A stretch of DNA of 32,000 bases from Candidatus Bathyarchaeia archaeon (GTDB taxonomy: Archaea; Thermoproteota; Bathyarchaeia; 40CM-2-53-6), in contig JBEKVV010000002.1 in NCBI GenBank assembly GCA_049513715.1, positions 165,548 through 197,547 of the forward strand. The letters run 5' to 3'. Shown here piece after piece: positions 9,611 to 17,631 of the stretch (positions within the stretch are counted from its first letter, which is position 1; the number at the start of each line of letters is the position of its first letter). The translations under genes and the position numbers were made by a program. The notes beneath the pieces are model-generated. The model was not told the DNA's origin. It searched no databases and saw only the letters and a list, made by a program, of their open reading frames with translations.

Positions 9611-10333
9611 CTAGAAACGGATCTGCCTCAGGGTTCTGTATATTCCGGCGGCTATAAATGTAGAAACTGCAACGATTGTAAATCGCTCCGTGGGGTAGAG
9701 CCAGAATATTACGCGCCAGACCTGTTGAAATGCATTTGGGTCAATTCCACCGACATACCCCGCCGCGATTTCGTACAGCAAGCCACCTGTGAGATGTTGG
9801 GCCATTGTGCCCACGAACGCGAGAAGGGCTATCGAAACTAGTTGATACGACTCAGTTCGCCTCAGCCAAATCGGAATCTTAGATGCAAGAGGGGAAATCA
9901 GAATGATGAATGCGAGAATATGCAGCCATGTGTACGGTATCCGGACGTAGGCAAAGAGTAAGCTGTAAGGGCTCAAAAGAAAGACAGCTAAAAGGATACC
10001 AAATATTGCCCGCGCTGTTTGCCGTTTGTTTGATAGAATGGACCCTAGGATTATTACGTCGACCGCCCCAGGTAGAAAATCCAGCCCGAAGAATGTCGGC
10101 GGTCTGACTCCATAAGCAAGAACCGTTCCAATGATCACGGAGAGGGCGCCGGCCCATGGCCCTGCGACAAGTGCTATGGCCGGGAGCATGAAGTCGCCCG
10201 CTGTGAACCGTGACGGAAAACCAACCATTTCGAATGTTGGGATGCTTCTCAAAACGAAGTAGACCGCGGCAAATACTGCGGCCATTGTGATTTGACGTGT
10301 TCTCGACTTGGGGGTCAGCATGACATCGGCCAA
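9611..10333 (-). CDS. polytopic membrane protein, possibly ECF-transporter S-component-like
   Basis: About 6 hydrophobic segments. The N-terminal pattern ITMAAVFAAVYFVLRSIP...LPAIALVAGPWAGALSVIIGTVL resembles substrate-capture (S) components. No ATPase or T component is adjacent. TTG start; an alternative ATG lies at 10324-10326. Confidence 0.4.
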   Translation of the reverse strand: MADVMLTPKSRTRQITMAAVFAAVYFVLRSIPTFEMVGFPSRFTAGDFMLPAIALVAGPWAGALSVIIGTVLAYGVRPPTFFGLDFLPGAVDVIILGSILSNKRQTARAIFGILLAVFLLSPYSLLFAYVRIPYTWLHILAFIILISPLASKIPIWLRRTESYQLVSIALLAFVGTMAQHLTGGLLYEIAAGYVGGIDPNAFQQVWRVIFWLYPTERFTIVAVSTFIAAGIYRTLRQIRF

Positions 10334-10343
10334 CGAGGCGGTC

Positions 10344-11207
10344 TTAATCCAAGCTTCCTACTGCGTCAGCAAACGCCTCATAACTCTTAGTATTCGCATT
10401 GGGCCCTAAAGAAGCAATGAAGTAAGCCGTCCGGGGATCGGTTTTGCCGGCCAGCTCCGCCCTAAACCTTTGAACAATGATCGGATAAGTCTCCTTGCTT
10501 TGAGGTGTTAGTGAACCAGTCCAAGAGTAGATGATTTCATTTTGATCCCTGCCGATTCGTCTGCATTGGTCGGACAAATAGTTGACCCGTTCCTTAGCCT
10601 CTGCTTGATTCAAATTCCAGTAATTCCACCCATCAGCTAACTCAGCGACTACATCGAGGATTCTCTGATGTTTTCCTCCGACCCAGACGGGTGGGCCAGG
10701 CTTTTGCAGTGGTTTGGGCAGATTGATTGCTCCGGATATCCTGTAGTACTCTCCCTCGTAGAATACTGGTTCCTGTGTCCACATGGCCTTCAACACCAAA
10801 ATAGTCTCTCTCAGACGCCCCACTCTTTCCTCGATGCCGTGGAATTTGTAGCCGTGCGAGGTCAGCTCGACTCGGCTTAGCCTGTCACCGGTGCCGAGAC
10901 CGACGATTAACCTGCCGTTGCTGATTCTATCCACCGTGCTGGTCATCTTGGCAAATAGTGCTGGGTTTCGAAGATTCACATTCGTGACAAGGCTGCCCAC
11001 CTTTATCTCCTCGGTGAGCTCCGCAATAGCTCCTAGAACCGTCCATCCTTCAAGACATTGTTTTGATTTGATCCAGAACGGAGCTAGGTGATCGTAAACC
11101 CAAACGCTGTCGAAACCGAGCTCCTCACAAGCCCTGGCAGTTTCGACTAACTGGTCGAAGTTGTCGGTTTCTTGCGGGAGTTGACAACCATACTTCAGTC
11201 TAGTCAA
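10344..11207 (-). CDS. luciferase-like (LLM-class) F420/flavin-dependent oxidoreductase
   Basis: FDSVWVYDHL, GRLIVGLGTGD and a TIM-barrel-length protein typical of the LLM family. TTG start. Confidence 0.8.
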   Translation of the reverse strand: MTRLKYGCQLPQETDNFDQLVETARACEELGFDSVWVYDHLAPFWIKSKQCLEGWTVLGAIAELTEEIKVGSLVTNVNLRNPALFAKMTSTVDRISNGRLIVGLGTGDRLSRVELTSHGYKFHGIEERVGRLRETILVLKAMWTQEPVFYEGEYYRISGAINLPKPLQKPGPPVWVGGKHQRILDVVAELADGWNYWNLNQAEAKERVNYLSDQCRRIGRDQNEIIYSWTGSLTPQSKETYPIIVQRFRAELAGKTDPRTAYFIASLGPNANTKSYEAFADAVGSLD

Positions 11208-11267
11208 CTAGCATAGCCCTGGAGAGCATTTCGCAACCTGTAGTTCTTGTTGCTATGGGGTTCTTGC

Positions 11268-12674
11268 CTATCTGCGTAAACCTCGCCTTCTTGGCGCGTA
11301 AATGGCGAAGACGCCCTTCCACATTGCATCATAAGCTCTGCTCATCGTTTCAATGAAGCGCTTACTGTTTGTCCAGAAGCCCACGTCCGCGCCAACATCG
11401 GCGCTATTGTCGTCTGGGAGGCGTTCGTAGAGCATCAATTCACGCTGGTCAGCTATGGCAATTCCTGCCGGCCCCAAGGCCTCTGAATAACGAAGCTCTG
11501 ACACCGGAACCAACTTGCGGGCTCCCTCAGTATTCTCACTGGTAATGGGTGCCAATATGCGAACTTTTGTGCCCCGTGCCTTCGTTTCCTTGAGTTGCTC
11601 GAAATGAAAGTCTGCCAGAGCTTGGATGCCCCTCATTGTAGTCCAGATTTCAACGCTTTCGTTGGACGAGGCAATCATCTCGTTCAACTTTCTGGAGACC
11701 TCGGTCCTACCTTTGAAGATCCTGAGGTCTTCAGACGGTATCCCTTTCCGAAGAACCTCTATTCGCCCATCGGATGGTGTGCCAGAATTCCACATTTCCT
11801 CGAAATATGCTTGGAGGTTTCTTACGAAAGCGTGGCTGTTTATCCACAGGGCAACCTCTTCGCCCCCGCGTTGGGCTTCGTCGGTTGTTGTTATTTCGAA
11901 CAGAGCTTCTTTGTCGTCTATTATTGAGACTCGCGGTATCGGTTTCGTCTTCAAGTCCAGATGCCTGATTTCGATGCCTTCACGAAGGCGTGCGACAATG
12001 TTTAGGTTTGATTGGTTGATTTCGGTGATTACTCGGACGCGTAGGCCACCTTTGGCGGCTTTGGTTAGCATATCAAGAAGTCCCGACGTGTCTGCACGCA
12101 CGATTTCCGAGGGCGATAGAACCGTCATTACGGATTTTTGGCCTTGGGCGTACATGCTTTGGAGTCGCTGCTCAATTCGAATTCGGCCTTCAACCACCTG
12201 AAAGCGGTCAACTTCCTGCGTGACCCGCTCCACTCGTATGCCCTCGAATAGGTGGCGCAGGTTTTCGCCGCGCTGTTCGAGTATTCGAAGCCTCGCCTTC
12301 CTCTCATCAATTAGAACCTGCAAGCACTTGTCGAACGGCACCGACTGAAACCGAATCGGTCTTTCCAGAGTCGCTTCCACCAGACCACGACGTTGGAGGT
12401 TTCTGATGGTCCGGTAGGTTTCGGTTCTGTTGATCTGAACCGCGCGTGCAACTTCGCTTGCTTTCGAGGGCCCTGTCTTGGCGAGGAAGACGAGTACGCG
12501 TCCCTCGTTTCCTGTCAGGCCGTATTCCTGCAGCTCCGCGACAATGTCGCCTACGGTTTCGCCCTGAAGTGAGCTCGTGGATTGCGCCCCTAAATCATTG
12601 TCTGGTACGGAGGCGACACGGCCAAATATAAACAGAAACTGGAACAAAGTGACGTCAGTAATATCAGAAAGCAA
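11268..12674 (-). CDS. TrmB-family transcriptional regulator (long form with C-terminal sensor domains)
   Basis: LQEYGLTGNEGRVLVFLAKTGPSKASEVARAVQINRTETYRTIRNLQRRGLVE...RPIRFQSVP is the TrmB N-terminal wHTH. The start is uncertain (TTG at 12674 or TTG at 12647). A TTTATATTT string lies inside the putative first 20 codons. Confidence 0.8.
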   Translation of the reverse strand: MLSDITDVTLFQFLFIFGRVASVPDNDLGAQSTSSLQGETVGDIVAELQEYGLTGNEGRVLVFLAKTGPSKASEVARAVQINRTETYRTIRNLQRRGLVEATLERPIRFQSVPFDKCLQVLIDERKARLRILEQRGENLRHLFEGIRVERVTQEVDRFQVVEGRIRIEQRLQSMYAQGQKSVMTVLSPSEIVRADTSGLLDMLTKAAKGGLRVRVITEINQSNLNIVARLREGIEIRHLDLKTKPIPRVSIIDDKEALFEITTTDEAQRGGEEVALWINSHAFVRNLQAYFEEMWNSGTPSDGRIEVLRKGIPSEDLRIFKGRTEVSRKLNEMIASSNESVEIWTTMRGIQALADFHFEQLKETKARGTKVRILAPITSENTEGARKLVPVSELRYSEALGPAGIAIADQRELMLYERLPDDNSADVGADVGFWTNSKRFIETMSRAYDAMWKGVFAIYAPRRRGLRR

Positions 12675-12949
12675 GCCGAGGGCGCGAAACCTGTCGAAAC
12701 AGGAAGTGTGGGTCTCAGAGATGTGAGCTCAGAGAGTGGCATGCAAGGGGCCATGAAGGCTACGGAGTATCTTGCTGTTGAGTTTTTGGCTGCGTGGTGT
12801 CCACGGCGTGATAGGCGAATTGGTGGGCTACATGCTCGGCCCAGGTTGAAGGCTGAACTCGACCGAGCCCTGCAAAACCTGAGAGAACGCCTAAGCAACG
12901 GCTCCTCGGTTCAACTCTGATTTCGCGGCAAGTGCTTTGTGGGGCTTTG

Positions 12950-14968
12950 TTATGCGATGCCGGTCCGAACACGCGTGTAGACTCTTTCTGCGCCGTATGG
13001 TTTGAAGGCAGTTCCGCTCCCTGAGTAGAACTTGAGGAACCACTCTACCCAGTGAAGTCGAAGCGACTGCATGAAAACAAACGCCGTTTCTAGGATGAAT
13101 ATGAGCACGATGCTCAGGGCTGCGAAGAGTGCATACCCAATTGCGTCGCCGGCAATTGATCCCCATGCCACGAAGAACACTAGAACGCCTAGGAAGAGCC
13201 GGTAGAATACGTCCTCGATAAGTTTCATGGCCAGAATTCGCACGTAGGATATTGTGTGTGATAGCGACGCTAGAAGCGATTCGAAAGCGCTCATTCCGCC
13301 CATGGGGCCCTCAGCCCATATTTTCAACGCCACCATCGCAATCAGGGGGATACCCATCCTAAGGAATATGTCAACCGTGTTGGCGGAGTTGAAGAGGTAG
13401 TTGGGGAATCTCAAGCCGTACTGTAGTAGCGTGATGCCGAAAGCGCCGTAGAACCAGAGCCACACAACTGGTCCAGATATTAGCTCACGGTATTCGCGCA
13501 CGTAGACCTTATTGATTATGTCGAGCACGAGGCCGGACATTATGTGAATCACTCCAATTGTGATGGATAGCCGGAGCATGAGTCGAATGTTGTCGAATGG
13601 TTCAAACCACAAAGGCCCGGGCAGGCCTGTTAATTGCTTGAACCATTCAATGTTTCCGAAAACCGTTCCGTATAGGAAACCGATGACCATTGCGGCGGCG
13701 CCACTGAATATCAGTAATCCTGAACCTTGAACGACCATGTTAAAGACGCTGCCCATTCCGCCATACGCCGTGTCTGATATGACGAGCCCTCGGCGTTTGT
13801 AATAGTAGATGATTGATGAGATTATCATAACTACGATGCCATTACCTACGTCCCCGAACATGAAACCGAAGAAAAGTGGGTAAGTGATAACCCAAAGAAC
13901 TGTGGGGTCGATTTCGTCACTCTTCGGAATCCCAAAACCAACAGTGAGTTTTTGGAAGATGGAGACACGTTTCGGGTTATTCATCTGAGTCGGCCCATTC
14001 TTACCCGCCCAGTCCCTCATGATCACCTCGCCCTCGCACATCGTTTGAAGGTTCGAGCCGATCATTTTGACTTTGGATGTGGGCATCCATCCCTCAATCA
14101 TGTAGGTTGATTCTGTTTTCCCGCAGTACCCTTTTGCCTGTTCAAACGCACGCTCGGCTGCAACAACCTCTCGATTGACTAAGAGGAATTCACTGTCTTT
14201 CTGGCTGATGTCGGCGAGTTTCGCCTTCAATAGCTCTAGGCGTCTCTTAGATTCCTCGATTCGGCTGGTCGGCTCATAGGAAAAGTGCTTGCTTTTCGAA
14301 ATGGCCTTCAGTTTCAGGTTCAGGGTTTGTGTGATGGTGTCGGCGATGGCTGCTTCGTCGCGTTTCGTAGCCATGATTTTGACAACGTTATCCGCGATGT
14401 CATTCACGACCGCGTCTTCCAATGCCTTCGCTTGAATGATCTCATTCAGGACTCCGGCGGGCTTGATTTCGGAGGGTTTCAGAGTCTGGAAGATGCCTGA
14501 TAGAATCTCTTCCAGCTTATGCCTCCCCTCAGGAGAATTTACGTCCTCGATTTCGGAGATTTCCTCAATGTTGATCTTGAGCTGTCGCTCGGCGTAAGTG
14601 ATTAAAGATTCAAGTGCCTGCACCTCATTCGTCGCAGAGGCTACCTGCTGTTCGATCTCTGTCACTTTCTTCTCTACCGACGCGATCTCATCATCAGACA
14701 TCCGGGCATTGACTTGAACTGGCTCGGCGTGAATCGGATCAATTCCCAATGATGCGATTACTGAGCTGATCTTTGACTCGAGTGTGGTAAGGCGATAGAG
14801 TCTGTCCGAGACGTTGGCGGAGGTTACTCCTCCTCCATAACCCTTGATCATTTCTTTTACGTCGAGGAGCTCGAGGGTGTTTTGTTCACGGAGGTAGAGC
14901 ATTGTGTCTTCGTATTTTCTTTGGGGGATGATTATTTCGACTCGTCTCATTCTTGTCGGTAGAAGCAA
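12950..14968 (-). CDS. atpI: A/V-type ATP synthase subunit I (membrane a-subunit)
   Basis: The N-terminus MRRVEIIIPQRKYEDTMLYLREQNTLELLDV, a long coiled-coil cytoplasmic domain and a C-terminal multi-TM domain with SYVRILAMKL (the essential Arg context). No other ATPase subunits are in the window. Confidence 0.88.
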   Translation of the reverse strand: MLLPTRMRRVEIIIPQRKYEDTMLYLREQNTLELLDVKEMIKGYGGGVTSANVSDRLYRLTTLESKISSVIASLGIDPIHAEPVQVNARMSDDEIASVEKKVTEIEQQVASATNEVQALESLITYAERQLKINIEEISEIEDVNSPEGRHKLEEILSGIFQTLKPSEIKPAGVLNEIIQAKALEDAVVNDIADNVVKIMATKRDEAAIADTITQTLNLKLKAISKSKHFSYEPTSRIEESKRRLELLKAKLADISQKDSEFLLVNREVVAAERAFEQAKGYCGKTESTYMIEGWMPTSKVKMIGSNLQTMCEGEVIMRDWAGKNGPTQMNNPKRVSIFQKLTVGFGIPKSDEIDPTVLWVITYPLFFGFMFGDVGNGIVVMIISSIIYYYKRRGLVISDTAYGGMGSVFNMVVQGSGLLIFSGAAAMVIGFLYGTVFGNIEWFKQLTGLPGPLWFEPFDNIRLMLRLSITIGVIHIMSGLVLDIINKVYVREYRELISGPVVWLWFYGAFGITLLQYGLRFPNYLFNSANTVDIFLRMGIPLIAMVALKIWAEGPMGGMSAFESLLASLSHTISYVRILAMKLIEDVFYRLFLGVLVFFVAWGSIAGDAIGYALFAALSIVLIFILETAFVFMQSLRLHWVEWFLKFYSGSGTAFKPYGAERVYTRVRTGIA

Positions 14969-14998
14969 TTTGGTGAATCTCCTGAGTTCTTTGAGAGA

Positions 14999-16174
14999 CT
15001 ATTCGGTTGTTTCGGGTGCTTCCCTCTCACGGTCTCTGCGGCGGCTTTGTTTTTGGGTCATTAATCGTTTAAGCCTGTCCGTTATTAAATCGTACACCGC
15101 GGGAAGATCCCAGCCTTCTTCTGAATAGGTGTACGAATCCGTTGATGTCCTAATGTGCACGTTCACCTCGTATCTTCCCCGTTCCTTTCCAGGCTTTGTG
15201 AACTTGGATTTTATCACCGATCTTGCTTCGAGAATGTCCGGAAAGATTCGGTGCAAATGATTAATTGTTCGTTTGAATTTGGCCTTGGTCGCTTCTGCTT
15301 CAAACGGGTCATCGGGTAGCCCCACCATGAAAACTGGAACCTCTGTATTGGGCTCCGGCTCCGCGAGCAGAGTCATGAAGTCCCGGTGGGTTGCGATTTC
15401 CTGTATCTCCTCCCACTGGGTGACCAGAATATACGTTCTTGCGCTCTTCAGCATGCTCTCTAGAGCCTGTTCTACGCTCGTTTCTGGGGTGCATGTCAAT
15501 GGAGTCAAGTCCATAGCATTGCCGACGGGAAAGTCCAAGGGTCCCCGTGTTTCGGGCCTTATCGATTTGGGCCCCATCCTCTTTGACTGGGCCATTCGCA
15601 TTACAACGTCTGTCGAGGTCAGCATCCCCGCCAACCGTCCAGTTCGTGTCACGGGGAGGTGGTCGACGCGTTTTCGAACCATCAGGTCCCTAGCCTTGGC
15701 GGCCGATGCTTCCGCATCTATGGTGAACGGCTTCTTGGTCGCAATGGATGTGACCCGCAAATCCTGCCCGAGCTTTCCCTTCAATTGCTGAAGCAGCTCT
15801 ATGCTGTTCACTTGGCCGATGATTTTGTGTTCGTCCGAAACGGGAACTGCCCTGATTCGGTAGTCTGACATCAACCTCGCGGCCTCTCCGATGACAGCTT
15901 CCTTTCTCAGAACCGGCACGTATGACATTAAGTCTGGCAGTTTTGTGGTCTCAATACTCGTCCGCAGAACGTTTCGGGCTGAGATCACTCCGCACCTGTT
16001 GCTTTCAGGAAAGAATACCTCGTAATTGCCCCGTTCAGATAGTAAACCGATGACCTTGGAGAGGTGGCTGTCCGGGCGGGTCTGTATGAGCTCTGAAACG
16101 AAGGGCTCAATTGGTTGCTCTCGTAAAGCCTCCACGTACTTCGGCAACCTTGTGACAGGCAAAGCAGACCTCAT
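14999..16174 (-). CDS. four-CBS-domain protein with C-terminal HPF/RaiA (ribosome hibernation factor)-like domain
   Basis: Four CBS-like repeats form two Bateman modules (e.g. ...AVPVSDEHKIIGQVNSIELL, ...HLPVTRTGRLAGMLTSTDVV). The C-terminal ~100 aa (FEAEATKAKFKRTINHLHRIF...RYEVNVHIRTSTDSYTYSEEGWDLPAVYDLITDRLKRLMTQKQSRR) follow the beta-alpha-beta-beta-beta-alpha pattern and end motif of HPF/YfiA proteins. The domain call is by eye only. Confidence 0.6.
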   Translation of the reverse strand: MRSALPVTRLPKYVEALREQPIEPFVSELIQTRPDSHLSKVIGLLSERGNYEVFFPESNRCGVISARNVLRTSIETTKLPDLMSYVPVLRKEAVIGEAARLMSDYRIRAVPVSDEHKIIGQVNSIELLQQLKGKLGQDLRVTSIATKKPFTIDAEASAAKARDLMVRKRVDHLPVTRTGRLAGMLTSTDVVMRMAQSKRMGPKSIRPETRGPLDFPVGNAMDLTPLTCTPETSVEQALESMLKSARTYILVTQWEEIQEIATHRDFMTLLAEPEPNTEVPVFMVGLPDDPFEAEATKAKFKRTINHLHRIFPDILEARSVIKSKFTKPGKERGRYEVNVHIRTSTDSYTYSEEGWDLPAVYDLITDRLKRLMTQKQSRRRDREREAPETTE

Positions 16175-16192
16175 TCCATGCTATTGATTCGC

Positions 16193-17560
16193 TCAGCTTC
16201 CTCCTGAAAGACCGTGTTCCCTCAAATATGTTCCGTAGTAGATCAGCGCCCAGAGGGCCCGGGAGGCCCTTTCGGGGACCGAGTACGATGGTACTCCTCG
16301 CTTCTCGAAGGCGGATCGCATAGCTTCAGCCATCTCGGTTCCACCCATGTCACAGACCGTGACTGGTTTCTTGTATCTTGGCAGCGTTTCCGCTATAACC
16401 CCAACCGCATCATCCAGAATCGTTGGGGCGTGATGAAGTGCGATTACTACGGCCCCCCCGATTTCAGGATCCTCCAAAATCGTAGACAACGCCAACGAAA
16501 ACATTTCACTTGAAGCTTCAGCGGACAAGTCCATCGGATTGAAACCTGAAAGTACGGGTAGGAGAAGATTCTTGGCCTTGTAATCGGCGAATTTAGACAG
16601 GATGCGTTCCGGGAACTTGTCCACCCTGAGGCCTGAGCTTTCTAGAGCGTCTGCAGCTATGATTCCCGGCCCTCCGGCGTTGGTCAAAACTGCCACGGAT
16701 TTCGAGTAGCCTGGTGGCTGTAACGTTAGGGCCCGCCCGAAATCAAAGAGTTCCTCAACGTCATGGACCCTGATTATGCCTGCCTGCCTGAATGCACCAT
16801 CGTAAATCGCATCCATTCCAGCTAAGGCGGCTGTGTGCGAAGTGGCTGCTCTGGTTCCGGCAGTTGTTTTGCCTGACTTCAAAGCCACAACAGGTTTTTT
16901 CGCTGAGGTGGTCTTTGCTTTCTCGATGAATTCCCTGGCTTTCGCCAAGCCTTCCACATACATTAGAATGACAGCAGTCTTATCGTCCTGCCCGAAATAC
17001 TCGAGCAATTCGTCCTCGGTTACGTCGCATCGGTTTCCGTAGCTCACGAAACCTCGTATTCCCATCCCGTGGCCTGCCATGTAGTCAAGTGCGGCTGCGC
17101 CGAACGCGCCGCTCTGCGTGAGAAATGAAACCGACCCTGGCCTTGGCCTTGGGGTTGCTACCACTTCGCGTCCATCTGAGAGGAACTTCGTTTCTGGCAG
17201 AAACAGAGTATCTATTCCCGTGTAAGCGTCGTAGATTCCTAGGCAATTCGGCCCGATTATTCTCACATCGTACTTTCTAGCTATGTCTACTATTTGGTGT
17301 TCGAGTTCGTGGTTTCCGATCTCTGCGAAGCCGGAAGAGATTACGATCGCTGCCTTGGCCCCCGCTTTCCCAGCGTCATCAATGACGCCCGGGACTAGGT
17401 GTGCAGCGACAGCCACAAGAACTGTCTCAACGGGTTTTGAGATCGCTGAAACGGTAGGATAGCATTTGTCACCGAGGATTTCGGTGTGGTTGGGGTTTAC
17501 TAGGTAGACTTGGCCTTTGAAGAGACCTCTATTCCTGTTCGTAACCATGTTTTGGGCCAT
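16193..17560 (-). CDS. acetyl-CoA synthetase (ADP-forming) alpha subunit / NDP-forming acyl-CoA synthetase CoA-binding subunit
   Basis: GPNCLGI, SQSGA and the phosphohistidine loop TRAATSHTAALAG. Coordinates are for the canonical ATG ORF. The conserved N-terminus (LDSFFEPKSLAIVGASSTPSRIGYV) continues in frame upstream to about 17656 without an ATG, GTG or TTG (see findings). No beta (ATP-grasp) subunit is in the window. Confidence 0.85.
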   Translation of the reverse strand: MAQNMVTNRNRGLFKGQVYLVNPNHTEILGDKCYPTVSAISKPVETVLVAVAAHLVPGVIDDAGKAGAKAAIVISSGFAEIGNHELEHQIVDIARKYDVRIIGPNCLGIYDAYTGIDTLFLPETKFLSDGREVVATPRPRPGSVSFLTQSGAFGAAALDYMAGHGMGIRGFVSYGNRCDVTEDELLEYFGQDDKTAVILMYVEGLAKAREFIEKAKTTSAKKPVVALKSGKTTAGTRAATSHTAALAGMDAIYDGAFRQAGIIRVHDVEELFDFGRALTLQPPGYSKSVAVLTNAGGPGIIAADALESSGLRVDKFPERILSKFADYKAKNLLLPVLSGFNPMDLSAEASSEMFSLALSTILEDPEIGGAVVIALHHAPTILDDAVGVIAETLPRYKKPVTVCDMGGTEMAEAMRSAFEKRGVPSYSVPERASRALWALIYYGTYLREHGLSGGS

Positions 17561-17631
17561 TACGTAGCCGATTCGGCTCGGCGTAGATGAAGCCCCAACT
17601 ATTGCCAGGGATTTTGGTTCGAAGAACGAGT

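Noticed and set aside
12690-12703. Small hairpin CCTGT-CGAA-ACAGG just upstream of the TrmB start.
   Set aside because: It has only 5 bp and no flanking T-tract or repeat partner. Hairpins this small are expected by chance.
12808-12856. Possible C/D-box sRNA in the GC-rich TrmB-atpI intergenic region (GTGATA ... CTGA).
   Set aside because: The C box is imperfect (GUGAUA versus RUGAUGA), there is no credible D'/C' pair with guide-length spacing, and there is no terminal stem. It is most likely a chance match.
12708-12920. 70-aa plus-strand ORF in the 275-nt gap between TrmB and atpI.
   Set aside because: It has no recognisable motif, an Arg/Gly/Leu-rich composition typical of spurious ORFs in GC-rich DNA, and competing overlapping ORFs on the other strand. 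It is not supportable as a gene from sequence alone.
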